Of a stretch of 64,000 nt of DNA, positions 18,628-29,360 are shown one piece after another. Under the pieces are notes generated by a model. It was given only the letters and a program-made list of their open reading frames with translations, did not search any database and was not told the DNA's origin. Made by a program: the position numbers and the translations under genes. Position 1 is the first letter of the stretch. Every line of letters starts with the position of its first letter. The stretch comes from an uncultured Chitinophagales bacterium (GTDB lineage Bacteria; Bacteroidota; Bacteroidia; Chitinophagales; S012-47), in the NCBI GenBank assembly GCA_964413685.1, contig CAYPSW010000002.1, forward strand, positions 29,352-93,351, read 5' to 3'.

Positions 18628-21600
18628 TTATTCTGCGAGGGTAAACCTAACTGAAACACCAGCCTTTGTGTTCGATACAGGATAGGAGGCCGATGTTGCT
18701 GGAACTGTTCTTCTTCGGTCGAAAAACAATCGCAAGTTTAACCGGTTATTAACTACATAATCAATAGAAGGAGAAAGGCGGACTGTTTTGCTTCCTCTTG
18801 TTGCTTCTGAATGATTTTGATCGAGCAAATTATTTACAGTTATATCATCACGAAGTGAGAAATCAAGTTTAAAGTCCAAATCATTATCAAGTGTTGTCTT
18901 TTTCCCGCCAATCTTAAAAGGCAGGGTCATACCTTTTATTCGATAACCGGCCCCGAAGGTTATTTCTTTTGATCGGCCTTCAACTAGTTGGTAATCTACT
19001 AGGCTCAGGGCCAGATCACGAGATTTCTTATATTCAAATTTTGCTGTTAAGCCATTCTTCATGGTAATATCAATGCCAATCAAAGGCATTAATTGCTCGG
19101 ATATAACAATGTGAGGAATATTATAAAAAGGAAAGAAATTACCTGAAAGTGTATCACTTGCGGCCGGGAAACCAAGGTATGAAGTATCACGGAATTTAAA
19201 TTCGGTTTGGTAATTATTTACAGTCAAAGTTGAAGAATAAGCATGTGAGATATTGATATTGCTGAAAATATTATCTAAAGGCTTCACATGGGAAAGTCCA
19301 TTATAAGAAACTCGCCAATTGGGTCTCGGTATTCCATTGAAGATATCAAACTGAGCTTGTTGTGCAGTTTTACCTGAATAAGCAGCTAAAAATGCAGGTA
19401 TCAATACATCCTGAGCATAAGGTCCATATCCGTCAGCATATTCAGGCAGGTCAATTGTATCATTTACATTTGCTTCATAAAAGGTGCCGGTTGAATAAGG
19501 ATTCTGTGTACCAAGTTGTTTTGAAATTGCTGTCCTCATATCTTCAAATTTCCTGAAGGTTTCTGAAATTCGTAACGAGTCCATTTTATCAAATGTCGTT
19601 TTCCACATAAAATAAGACATACTGAAACTGCCAATATCTTGTGCATTATAGTGTCGGTAGTCGGAGGTCTGATCGCTGAATCTAAAATATTCAGAGTGAT
19701 TTTTTGTAAAGTTTTTTGTAAAGTTGATGTCTATCCTCATGTTCTTAACTGGTTCAAGATTAACCTTCATATTGAAATTCTGCTTATAGTTTTGCAGAAA
19801 TTGATAATTGAGGGATGTGGCTGATGTCATCCAGCCTTTTTGTGCTGCATTATTAAGCCAGACACTATCAGGCTGAATACCCATTATAAAATCCCAGCCG
19901 GGTGCTGTGAAATTATTATTCATCCCTAATAAATTTGATTCAGGCATAAAACCGGGCAATATAGTATTCCAATCTTCATTGTAGTTAAAAGACACTCGTT
20001 TTAGGCTGGTAAGTATGCTTATCGCTCCCTTAATGAATGAATTTAGTTCACCTTCTTTTTGCTTTTTCTTACTTTCTTCCTGTTGTTGATTATCTGATTG
20101 ATCTCCTTCTTGAGTGCCCCGTCCACGGTTGTTATTACTTCTGGTTCTGCTGGAGTTTAGATATTTTTTTAAAAACTTCGATTTATTATATAGGCTCGTA
20201 AAATTGGCACTGCCATTTAAGCGAATACTTTGAGAGTTGGCAATAGCATTGCCTAGTGTATCAAGGCCAAGGGCTGCAGCAGTCCAATCATAATCAGTGG
20301 CGTAGCTGGCTCTTCCATTTATCCAATTAAGAAAAACAAATTTATTGAAAGGCAAAGTATAGTTAACCGTAATATTGTGATGATATTTTGTATTTCTTCC
20401 GAAGTCTTTAATATTAGACCAAATAGAATCTTTTTCGGCCTGGGTATTAATTTTACCCTGTGGTTCGTCAACCCGTGCATTATTTACAGCCGAAAAATCA
20501 ATTTTGATTGATTTTGTTAAGTCCCAATGTAAATCGTAAAACCGGTCCCAGGTAAAGAATTTATTAAAGCTTGTATCAATGAGTGCGTCTCCATAAATAT
20601 CGCGAAGAACAAGCTCGCCATATTGTCTGTTCAAATCGGTACGGAAAGACAATTTACTGGGCAGCAGATTGAAATTAAAATCGCGAATGGGCCTAAGCAA
20701 TTTATATTTTGAATTAATGGCTTTAAAAGGCTCAATGTATTTGCTGCGTGTGCTGTAAGTATAGGCAAAACCTCCTTTGTTTCTTCGAATCAAATCTTCC
20801 TGAGTCGTTGGATTTGTTTTGAGTAATTCAGTATATGAATAAGTAAAGTTTAAATTTTCTATATCCCAAAGATGAGATTTAGTGTTTCGTCCTAATTTTT
20901 CCTTTCTGACATTAGTAAAATTCAGACTTTTGATGGAAGTCATATCCTGAACAGAATTGAGATAGTCTTTTTTAGTTGTGTTCTCAGGCAAATTATTAAG
21001 TCGGTCATTAAGGAAGATATCAAAATCATAAGGGTCATATTCTGGGCGGCTCATGGTTTTTGAAATACCCGCATACATGGGAATTCGTAGTCCTGCTTTT
21101 TTAGGAAGTAGTTTGCCAAGTTCGAGATTTGTACTCACGTCATATTGTAGATAATTGTCCTTATAACGTTGGTCAATTTGCTGTTCAAGCTGCCCAAATC
21201 CGATGGTGTGGGCACCGCCTGCCAGCGATATATTTCCCAAATCAGCCAATTTTATATCTGATCTGACAATTGCTGCTGAGCCACCCCGTTCATCAATGCC
21301 TTTCAGACGGAATTCATTAACCCAAACTTCAGCGCATATCGGATCGCCTGTAATGCCCTCTTCTTTTTTATTGCGTAATCCAATCATGGCCATTTTAACA
21401 TTTCCAATGTCTGGATTTCCGACAATGGTAATGTAGCGGCCATTCCCAGCATCAATTACGTAAGGAACCAGAGAATTTTGATTGCTGAAATTGCGATCTC
21501 TTTTTGCTTGTACCAATGAATCGAGCAGAATATCCATAATATTAGCCGAGGGCCAAACCGCTTCTCTGCGTTCAAGCTCTGTACCTGAAACACTTAAAGG

Positions 21601-24600
21601 ATCCGTTACTTTAAGGGGTATTGAATATTCGTAATAGTTTTCTGTAAAGTCAGCACCGATCCTGATAAAAGCTTCCATTTCGTCATCATGAAGTGTTGGA
21701 GCAGAGACACCCTCACCCGTGAATGATTCTGCATGCAGATATAATTGGAGGCGCTTGTATTTTCTGAAATCAAAATTCAGCGTTTTATAAATAGCCCGTG
21801 AATCACCATCTTCCAATCCACAAACCTCAACAGATAATGATTGTTCATTTTGCTGCAACACGTTGGAACTTGTTCCAGTCAGAAATTCTTCACGTTCAAT
21901 TCCAGGGGGAAGAATATAGGGAATAGGTTGCTTGTTGGAGTTCTCTTCAATACTGACGGCCGACACGGTAAACAATGTATTATTAGCATCATCATTCGAA
22001 ATATATTCTCCGGGTTTTAGTAATGAGAATTGATATCTCCGCCATTGGTTTCTAACTAATTCGAGCCTGGCAAAACGCAATATGATGGAATCCTTAAATC
22101 CAGTCATGAACATTCTGATAAAACGGATGGATTTGAAATCCTGGATACCACCAACTTTTTGGTTGTATTCGTCAATGGGAATTTTAAAATGATACCAGTC
22201 GATGCTATCTTCAACACCGTTTTTGAACTTGACCACAGCAGATACTTTATCGGTAATGAAAGGATTGTTCTCAACACCCATCCCATTAAAGAGGTCTACT
22301 TTATATCGAAAAAATTCTTCTGTTTCGTTTAGGGTATTATCTCGGTTCAAATCTTCTGTTTCCGGTAAGTTTGATCCATGCGAAAACTGGTCATTGTCTA
22401 CATTGGCTGCGGTATTTCCTTCCTTCCCATCAAACAAATGGTATCGCTCCAGGATACTAAGAGTGCTAGATTCGTAATCAGGGTCTTTATAATCTTTAAA
22501 GTCATCATTCGATGGATCATTTTTCAGAGCGTCCAGTACAGATTGGTTTAATGTTCCGCTAGCAACTCTGTTCTGCAATTGACCGATAAAAGAGCTAAAG
22601 AAGGATTTTTCTTCATCATCATTCAGTCCGTCATAGCCTACATCCTGTGCCCTTAACACATTGGGATCGGTGTCAAAAGCATTTGTTATAGCTTGGGTTA
22701 ATGGAACTTTACCCCATGCAGTAGTGTCTAGCAAAGTGGGTACACCGGGTTTAGGTAATCCGTTTTCAAAAAACTTTCTAGAATCTTTTAAAACATCTTC
22801 CGAAACATTGCCCATGTCGATATACATCTCACCACTAATGCTACCCTTTCTATTATCGAAGGGATCCATAACCCAGAATTCCACAAATTCGACATTAGCA
22901 GCTTCAAAATCATTCGTCTGAATTGAGCGCTGAATACCGCCCCATCTTGATTCAGGTATTTTCAATGAGCCATCCTGATTCAGTCCTGCACTTATACCCG
23001 GCTGTCCGTTTTCTGAGAATTCATAATTGTAGGGGCCTCTGATTTTTGGATAAAAGGCTAAATCAAATGTAGCCAAACGGGTATTTAGCAAATTTGGATT
23101 GTCAATCTCAAAAATTTCTTTTTCATTGATTATCCTGACATAATGGTTTGATTGGGTATTGGGGTGCTGCTTAATGTAATCCGGAGTTGCCGAATTATTA
23201 TCCTGAAATAAAGGATCGAGGGTGTACCAAAGAAGCTTAGAGCGGTTATAGCCATAAGGCAGACTATCGAATAAGGATGCTTCAGGGAATTTATCGGTTC
23301 CCTGATTTGTCAATACATCGGTAGGTGTGCTGGATAATGACCATGCAGTATAAGGGAATTTCAAATCGTATGAACTTCTGCTCCCTTCAAAATCATCAAC
23401 ATAAACTAAACCTTGCTTATCGTTGCTATTAATAGCGCGAGAATGCCCCGGTTTGAAGTAAGCTCCTTCAGCAGCAAGGGTGATAGAAGAGGCTTCTTTT
23501 GAATTATAAAAAGGAAGCCGGTTGAGGATTCGGGTTAATCCGGGAATTTCTGAATTATAGTTCAGATCAAGACCATAAATGCTATTCGAAATCGGATCGT
23601 CTCCAATATTTACTTTCTGAGTGAAAGGTCTTTCATTTAAGTGCATTTGAGTAGCGCCAATGGTAAAGTTATCATTGATCCAATAATCGAATCGGTTAGC
23701 CATTAATGATTTGGTTTGAATACCAAAAAAAGCTGAGTTCTCATATGAAATGTTTATTGGAACACCACTATTCATAATCCCTTCATTAATAATCTTAACA
23801 CGTCCCAGATTATAATCAATAGTATAGTCAATATTTTCGCGCAATTGCTGACCACCGGCTCTTATGGTTACAGAACCTCTCGGGATATTAAATGCCCCAA
23901 GGTATATTTCTGAAGAAATGCTCGATTTATAAGTACCCTCAATAGAAAATCGATTGAATTGAGGAAATTGCTGGGCAATGGTTATGGTTGAATCGTACAG
24001 AATCTGATACGTGTATTTTTGGGCAATATTCTGTTCAGCAGGTAAAAATACACTACTTAGATGCTCACCAAAAGGTTCTAACACAGGGAAAATAATCTTA
24101 CCGTTTGACGGGCTTATTGTAACATTTGGAACGAAGTCAAAAATACCATCTGGTTGCGGGTCAAGTTGATTATTCAGCCTGTCTAGATTCATTATTTTTA
24201 ATAGAGGCGTTCCGTTTACACCGGTGCCTTCCGGGATGTAGCGCTTTTTTCCCCCTCCGGGATCCATATAATAAATATCAAGGAAAAAATCTTCTGCACT
24301 TAGTTGATATGCTCCGAGTGAATAAATATTTTTCATCATCAAATCCCAAATTGGCAGCATAGGCCTTTGTGATGTACTTTTTAACATTTTCAAAAACAAT
24401 ACATTAGGTTTTTTCGGGTCAACAGGCATATCCTGACTAAATTCTCCAACTTGATACGTTTTCCCTTGATACGTATATTCAAATGCGACAGAAAGCACTT
24501 CATCCGGTTTTAAAGACTGGTTAAGTGAAATAAAACCTAGCTGGGGATATAGCCTGAACTCAGATTGAGATAATTTCTTAGCCTGTGTTTTCTCAAAATC

Positions 24601-25896
24601 CTGGATTGGAACAAGACCCAGACTATTTTGCATTATGGTTATGACCGTATTCAATTCGCGTGATCCGGCCGTGTTAACCAATGATTTGTATAGCGAATTA
24701 GATTCATTGGCAGGAATGATGTTTCCTGCAGTAGGTGTGATGGCTGCAGTATTGTAAATTTTTGCTTGTTCGCCTAAATCCATATATCCGACAATATCGC
24801 GTGTATTTTCTGTGATCCCGCTTGAATTAGTGACCCAAACTTCAATTTTGGTAATATTGATTGGAGAATTAACAACAGGCAGTGTTTTCATCCAATCCTC
24901 ATAATGATCACGGAAATATTGCGAGAGGAAAAAATGTCGGTTTTCATCATATTCATCAGCCGAAATTTCGAAGTCGCGGGTTTGAGCTCCACCTTGAATT
25001 TGAATATTTTCTTTCTTCGATTTTTGTTGTGACATAACACTTGTGACGGTTAAGCGGCCAAACTTTAAAGCTGACTTTATTCCGAATAAACTTTGGCTGC
25101 CGGTAATCAAGGTATTGCTAAGCGGAAAGCTGACATTGCCCGCTTCAAGTGATTGTAATATTTGATCTTCATCTCCTTTGAATTCAATCTTCACCTGATT
25201 TTCAAAATCGAAAGTGGCCTGAGTATTATAGTTGGTGTTTAGCTTTAGCTTATCACCAATCTTCCCCATCACACTCATGTTAATGTTCATATCAAAATCG
25301 AAGTTGCCTTGCTTTTGAGCTTTAGTAGGAAGTGTTGGATTTTCAATATTCTGAAAAGTTCCTCCGAAAATTAATTCAATATTACCTTTTGGTCTGATGT
25401 CGACAGAACTTCCACCAAAGAGTCTGTCCATGGCTTCATTTTTACCTGGCAGTTGGATACCTTCGCTTCTTTCAAGCAAGTTCTCGCCTTTCGCTCTTGC
25501 TTCCCAGTATTCTGTATTACTCTTTTGAAATTCACGGGATAGGAATTCCTCGAAAGACATAGATGAGGATGGACGGAATTCAAATTCACCAATCTTTTGG
25601 GTGATGATAAAGCGACCCGTTTCAGGATCATACTCAATTGATTTTTTAATTACAGGCGGGTCTTCTAAATTGAACGTATTGGTAAAAGGATTGAAATAAA
25701 AGTTGCTTTCTTTATCTTCAATTGGAAAGGGCAACTCAATGGTATCGCCCGAACTACCCGAATCGGGTAAATTGAAATACAGGATATCTTTGTGATTTAA
25801 GTATGCAGGGCTCCCGGCATATAATGTCTGAGATAATAGAAAGCTACCAATAAAAATCAGTAGCCATTGAATGTAAATTTTTTGCTTTATCCTCAC
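18628..25896 (-). CDS. sprA: T9SS translocon / gliding motility protein SprA (Sov)
   Basis: 2422-aa ORF with a signal peptide and giant beta-barrel-type composition. Its size and sequence character match SprA/Sov of Flavobacterium and Porphyromonas. GTG start. Confidence 0.9.
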   Translation of the reverse strand: MRIKQKIYIQWLLIFIGSFLLSQTLYAGSPAYLNHKDILYFNLPDSGSSGDTIELPFPIEDKESNFYFNPFTNTFNLEDPPVIKKSIEYDPETGRFIITQKIGEFEFRPSSSMSFEEFLSREFQKSNTEYWEARAKGENLLERSEGIQLPGKNEAMDRLFGGSSVDIRPKGNIELIFGGTFQNIENPTLPTKAQKQGNFDFDMNINMSVMGKIGDKLKLNTNYNTQATFDFENQVKIEFKGDEDQILQSLEAGNVSFPLSNTLITGSQSLFGIKSALKFGRLTVTSVMSQQKSKKENIQIQGGAQTRDFEISADEYDENRHFFLSQYFRDHYEDWMKTLPVVNSPINITKIEVWVTNSSGITENTRDIVGYMDLGEQAKIYNTAAITPTAGNIIPANESNSLYKSLVNTAGSRELNTVITIMQNSLGLVPIQDFEKTQAKKLSQSEFRLYPQLGFISLNQSLKPDEVLSVAFEYTYQGKTYQVGEFSQDMPVDPKKPNVLFLKMLKSTSQRPMLPIWDLMMKNIYSLGAYQLSAEDFFLDIYYMDPGGGKKRYIPEGTGVNGTPLLKIMNLDRLNNQLDPQPDGIFDFVPNVTISPSNGKIIFPVLEPFGEHLSSVFLPAEQNIAQKYTYQILYDSTITIAQQFPQFNRFSIEGTYKSSISSEIYLGAFNIPRGSVTIRAGGQQLRENIDYTIDYNLGRVKIINEGIMNSGVPINISYENSAFFGIQTKSLMANRFDYWINDNFTIGATQMHLNERPFTQKVNIGDDPISNSIYGLDLNYNSEIPGLTRILNRLPFYNSKEASSITLAAEGAYFKPGHSRAINSNDKQGLVYVDDFEGSRSSYDLKFPYTAWSLSSTPTDVLTNQGTDKFPEASLFDSLPYGYNRSKLLWYTLDPLFQDNNSATPDYIKQHPNTQSNHYVRIINEKEIFEIDNPNLLNTRLATFDLAFYPKIRGPYNYEFSENGQPGISAGLNQDGSLKIPESRWGGIQRSIQTNDFEAANVEFVEFWVMDPFDNRKGSISGEMYIDMGNVSEDVLKDSRKFFENGLPKPGVPTLLDTTAWGKVPLTQAITNAFDTDPNVLRAQDVGYDGLNDDEEKSFFSSFIGQLQNRVASGTLNQSVLDALKNDPSNDDFKDYKDPDYESSTLSILERYHLFDGKEGNTAANVDNDQFSHGSNLPETEDLNRDNTLNETEEFFRYKVDLFNGMGVENNPFITDKVSAVVKFKNGVEDSIDWYHFKIPIDEYNQKVGGIQDFKSIRFIRMFMTGFKDSIILRFARLELVRNQWRRYQFSLLKPGEYISNDDANNTLFTVSAVSIEENSNKQPIPYILPPGIEREEFLTGTSSNVLQQNEQSLSVEVCGLEDGDSRAIYKTLNFDFRKYKRLQLYLHAESFTGEGVSAPTLHDDEMEAFIRIGADFTENYYEYSIPLKVTDPLSVSGTELERREAVWPSANIMDILLDSLVQAKRDRNFSNQNSLVPYVIDAGNGRYITIVGNPDIGNVKMAMIGLRNKKEEGITGDPICAEVWVNEFRLKGIDERGGSAAIVRSDIKLADLGNISLAGGAHTIGFGQLEQQIDQRYKDNYLQYDVSTNLELGKLLPKKAGLRIPMYAGISKTMSRPEYDPYDFDIFLNDRLNNLPENTTKKDYLNSVQDMTSIKSLNFTNVRKEKLGRNTKSHLWDIENLNFTYSYTELLKTNPTTQEDLIRRNKGGFAYTYSTRSKYIEPFKAINSKYKLLRPIRDFNFNLLPSKLSFRTDLNRQYGELVLRDIYGDALIDTSFNKFFTWDRFYDLHWDLTKSIKIDFSAVNNARVDEPQGKINTQAEKDSIWSNIKDFGRNTKYHHNITVNYTLPFNKFVFLNWINGRASYATDYDWTAAALGLDTLGNAIANSQSIRLNGSANFTSLYNKSKFLKKYLNSSRTRSNNNRGRGTQEGDQSDNQQQEESKKKQKEGELNSFIKGAISILTSLKRVSFNYNEDWNTILPGFMPESNLLGMNNNFTAPGWDFIMGIQPDSVWLNNAAQKGWMTSATSLNYQFLQNYKQNFNMKVNLEPVKNMRIDINFTKNFTKNHSEYFRFSDQTSDYRHYNAQDIGSFSMSYFMWKTTFDKMDSLRISETFRKFEDMRTAISKQLGTQNPYSTGTFYEANVNDTIDLPEYADGYGPYAQDVLIPAFLAAYSGKTAQQAQFDIFNGIPRPNWRVSYNGLSHVKPLDNIFSNINISHAYSSTLTVNNYQTEFKFRDTSYLGFPAASDTLSGNFFPFYNIPHIVISEQLMPLIGIDITMKNGLTAKFEYKKSRDLALSLVDYQLVEGRSKEITFGAGYRIKGMTLPFKIGGKKTTLDNDLDFKLDFSLRDDITVNNLLDQNHSEATRGSKTVRLSPSIDYVVNNRLNLRLFFDRRRTVPATSASYPVSNTKAGVSVRFTLAE

Positions 25897-25980
25897 CAGG
25901 ATCAGTGCTTTTCGAATTGCAAAACCAAGAATATTGTTTGATTAATATGCCGCAAAATATCAAAATCTTTAAAAACCTTT

Positions 25981-26565
25981 TTAAATATTTTTTAAAGCTG
26001 CCTTAATTAATTGTTCCACATTCTGGATATCCGATTGTTTTTGCAATGTTTTCTGAATAACTTTCTCTGCTTCTAAACGAGAATATCCCAAAATTGTTAA
26101 TGCAGATAACGCCTCTGATTTTAAACTATTGCTTTTATCATCGGAAGAGTCACCAAATGGGGGCTCTTTACCAAGTTTATCGCTTAATTCAAGAACCAGG
26201 CGCTGCGCTGTTTTAGGGCCAATACCCTTGATACTTTTAATCAGTGACAGATTATTATTTAAAATGGCAGACTGAATTTCAACAGGAGGATAGGCAGATA
26301 GAACCAATATGGCTGTGCTTGTTCCAATGCCGGAAACTGAAATTAGCATCCTGAATAGCTTTCGTTCCTCAGTGTTTGCAAATCCGTATAGGGTCTGCTG
26401 GTCCTCTCTTACATGAAAATGGGTATATAGCATGCCCTCTTTCATTCCCTGAATTTGCTGATAAGTATATAGACTGATATTGAGCTGATATCCTATTCCA
26501 TTGCATTCCACAAGTACTCTGATTGGGCTGACATCAGTAAAGTGACCTTTTATATATGCTATCAT
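25981..26565 (-). CDS. ruvA: Holliday junction branch migration complex subunit RuvA
   Basis: 194 aa. OB-fold N-terminus (MIAYIKG...), helix-hairpin-helix motifs (VSGIGTSTA, IKGIGPKTAQRL), and a C-terminal domain III. Confidence 0.95.
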   Translation of the reverse strand: MIAYIKGHFTDVSPIRVLVECNGIGYQLNISLYTYQQIQGMKEGMLYTHFHVREDQQTLYGFANTEERKLFRMLISVSGIGTSTAILVLSAYPPVEIQSAILNNNLSLIKSIKGIGPKTAQRLVLELSDKLGKEPPFGDSSDDKSNSLKSEALSALTILGYSRLEAEKVIQKTLQKQSDIQNVEQLIKAALKNI

Positions 26566-28841
26566 GCTTTAGCCTCTTTTTCCTGTGCATCAACAACTGC
26601 AATAGCAACCATATTTACAATTTCCTGTACCGAACTTCCTAACTGAAGAATATGCACTGCTTTTTTCATTCCTAATAAAATGGGGCCAACGGCCTCGGCA
26701 GAACCCATCACTTGCATCAATTTATAAGCAATATTTCCAGCTGATAAGTTTGGAAATACCAAAGCATTTGTTTCAGCTGAAATTAGATCACAGAAAGGAT
26801 AATTGTCTTTCAACAATTCTCTATCGAAGGCCAGATTAGCCTGCATTTCACCTTCAGCCGTAATTTCAGGGTGTTCTTTGTGCATAATTTCTACTGCTTT
26901 TCTAATTCTCCGCGGTTCTTCACCGTCAGACGATCCAAAATTTGAGTAAGATAGAAAAGCAATATTTGGTTTGATATTGAACTGTTCGATTTTATCTGCC
27001 ATAAGCAGAGCAATCTCGACCATTTCTTCTGCACTTGGCTGCACATTCATAGTTGTATCAGCAAAAAAGAAAGGGCCTTTTTTTGTTAGCATGATATACA
27101 TACCAACTACTCGGATTCCAGGCCTTTCTGTACCAATAATTTCCAACGCAGGCCTGATAGTTTCAGGATATTTTCGGGTTAATCCGGAGATAAGCGCATC
27201 AGCTTCTCCGGTTTGAAGAAGCATTGTTGAAAAATAATGTCTGTCACGCATGATTTTTTCAGCTTCATACTTATTGAATCCGCGTCTGCATCGTTGTTCA
27301 AACAAGCACTGGCTAAACTTTTTCCTTTTGTCTTCTGTGCTTGGATCAGCCGGATCAATTATAAGAACCCCTTCTAATTCTAAATTATATTCTTCAATAA
27401 TTTGCTGAATCCTTTTTTTATCGCCCAACAAGATTGGAATGGCTATCCCATCATCTTTAACAATTTGGGCTGCTTTTAGAATTTTAAAGTTTTCTGCTTC
27501 AGAGAAAACAACTCGTTTCGGGTTATTTTTAGCTCGCTCAATGATCACTCGTATTATATGGTCATGAGTTCCCAATCGTTCGCGCAATTCAGCATTGTAT
27601 TTATCCCAATCTTTAATTTCCTTTTGGGCAACGCCACTATCAATCGCAGCTTTAGCAACAGCCGGGGCTACGGTAGTCAACAATCTTGGGTCAAGGGCTT
27701 TGGGGATAATATAATCTTTCCCGAAGGTCAAATTGTTAGCGTTATAAGCGATGTTGACAATTTCCGGAACAGGTTCTTTTGCAAGTTTTGAGATTGCTTT
27801 AACAGCAGCAAGTTTCATCTCTTCGTTAATCTGAGTAGCTTGTACGTCAAGGGCTCCTCTGAAAATAAATGGAAAGCCTAGTACATTATTTACCTGGTTT
27901 GGAAAATCAGAACGGCCGGTAGCCATTATTACGTCTTTTCTTGTCTTCTTTGCTAGCGTATAATCAATTTCGGGATTTGGATTCGCCAGAGCAAAAACTA
28001 TCGGATTTTTTGCCATACTTTTTAGCATTTCTGGTGTCAGGATATCAGCAATAGAAAGACCCATGAATAAATCTGATCCTTTTATTGCCTCTTCTAAAGT
28101 ATGAAGCGGTTTATCTGTAGCAAAAATCATTTTGTACTTATTCAGGTCATTTCTGTCTTTATGAATGACGCCTTTGCTATCAACCATTATTACATTTGAT
28201 GACTTTACACCAAGAGTACAGAAAAGCTTTGCACATGATATAGCCGCAGCACCGGCACCCGATACCACTACTTTAATTTTTTCCGGTTTTTTGCCCGCTA
28301 AATCAACGGCATTTAACATGGCGGCAGATGTAATGATGGCCGTTCCATGCTGGTCATCATGCATCACCGGTATCTTCATTTCTGCTTTTAGTCTGGCTTC
28401 GATTTCAAAGCACTCGGGAGCTTTGATATCTTCCAGATTGATACCACCAAAAGTTGGTTCGAGTGCCTTAACCACTTCGACAAACTCATCAACATTGGTT
28501 TTGTTAATTTCAATATCAAACACATCAATGTCAGAAAATATCTTAAACAAAAGACCTTTGCCTTCCATAACCGGTTTGCCGGCCAGTGAACCGATATTCC
28601 CCAATCCAAGCACGGCTGTTCCATTTGAAATTACACCTACTAAATTGCCTTTCGCAGTGTATTTGTAAGCATCAGCAGGATTCTTTTCAATTTTCAGACA
28701 AGGTATGGCTACTCCAGGTGAGTATGCTAAAGCTAAATCCCGGGAAGATTTAGTTCTTTTGCTTGGTATTACTTCTATTTTCCCCGGTCTTCCCTGACTG
28801 TGGTAATCCAAAGCATCCTGATCTCTTATTAATTTTCCCAT
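26562..28841 (-). CDS. maeB: NADP-dependent malic enzyme (MaeB type with a PTA-like C-terminal domain)
   Basis: 759 aa. Malic enzyme N-terminal and NAD-binding region (GTAVLGLGNIG, VVSGAGAAA) fused to a phosphate-acetyltransferase-like domain. A 4-nt ATGA overlap joins it to ruvA. Confidence 0.94.
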   Translation of the reverse strand: MGKLIRDQDALDYHSQGRPGKIEVIPSKRTKSSRDLALAYSPGVAIPCLKIEKNPADAYKYTAKGNLVGVISNGTAVLGLGNIGSLAGKPVMEGKGLLFKIFSDIDVFDIEINKTNVDEFVEVVKALEPTFGGINLEDIKAPECFEIEARLKAEMKIPVMHDDQHGTAIITSAAMLNAVDLAGKKPEKIKVVVSGAGAAAISCAKLFCTLGVKSSNVIMVDSKGVIHKDRNDLNKYKMIFATDKPLHTLEEAIKGSDLFMGLSIADILTPEMLKSMAKNPIVFALANPNPEIDYTLAKKTRKDVIMATGRSDFPNQVNNVLGFPFIFRGALDVQATQINEEMKLAAVKAISKLAKEPVPEIVNIAYNANNLTFGKDYIIPKALDPRLLTTVAPAVAKAAIDSGVAQKEIKDWDKYNAELRERLGTHDHIIRVIIERAKNNPKRVVFSEAENFKILKAAQIVKDDGIAIPILLGDKKRIQQIIEEYNLELEGVLIIDPADPSTEDKRKKFSQCLFEQRCRRGFNKYEAEKIMRDRHYFSTMLLQTGEADALISGLTRKYPETIRPALEIIGTERPGIRVVGMYIMLTKKGPFFFADTTMNVQPSAEEMVEIALLMADKIEQFNIKPNIAFLSYSNFGSSDGEEPRRIRKAVEIMHKEHPEITAEGEMQANLAFDRELLKDNYPFCDLISAETNALVFPNLSAGNIAYKLMQVMGSAEAVGPILLGMKKAVHILQLGSSVQEIVNMVAIAVVDAQEKEAKA

Positions 28842-28887
28842 AACGAGCTTGTATTTTTATCAATAATATGATTGAGTATGAAATAAT

Positions 28888-29268
28888 CTATTCAAATAAA
28901 CCTTCGTCTCTGATAACTAATAATATAGAAGATTGAGAAACGATGAAGTATTTTTCATTTTTAAATTGAATTTCATATGCGTACTTTTTTAGGTAAATAG
29001 CCAAATCGCCAATTTCTGCCTGAAGTGGAATGTATTTAATCGGTTGATGAAGAGGATTCCAGTTCTCTTCTTCCTGTGATGAAGGAATAGGATAACCCGG
29101 ACCGGTTTTAAGAATGTAGCCACTATTAATCTCTTCTTTTTCTTTTACGCCAGGTGGTAAATATAATCCAGATGAAGTGCGGTTATCTGTATCTCTTGGT
29201 TTAATCAGAACCCGGTCGCCAATAACGATGAATTCCTTAATATCCTGATGTGATAGATTCGCTTTCAC
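28888..29268 (-). CDS. GroES (Cpn10)-family protein, elongated paralog
   Basis: 126 aa, alignable by eye to GroES (GDRVLIKP..TSSGLYLP..G.IL..GPG ... GD.AIY ... ILLVI). It carries an insertion of roughly 25-30 aa. No groEL is adjacent. GTG start. Confidence 0.6.
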   Translation of the reverse strand: MKANLSHQDIKEFIVIGDRVLIKPRDTDNRTSSGLYLPPGVKEKEEINSGYILKTGPGYPIPSSQEEENWNPLHQPIKYIPLQAEIGDLAIYLKKYAYEIQFKNEKYFIVSQSSILLVIRDEGLFE

Positions 29269-29272
29269 GCAG

Positions 29273-29280
29273 CAAAAGTA
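29273..29280 (-). promoter_or_regulatory. -7 box TACTTTTG immediately upstream of the GroES-like gene
   Basis: Exact TAnnTTTG on the minus strand, ending 4 nt before the GTG start. Confidence 0.35.
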
Positions 29281-29360
29281 AACTCCAGCGCGTTAAATGC
29301 CTTTCTTTTTACCGTAAATCTGAATGAGTGCATGTTTTTTTAATGGACTTAGATAAATAA

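Noticed and set aside
28165-28668. 167-aa ORF antisense to maeB, plus the ORFs at 26971-27216, 27558-27791 and 28388-28624
   Set aside because: They are shadow ORFs within a well-supported 759-aa malic enzyme gene, with no start context or motifs.
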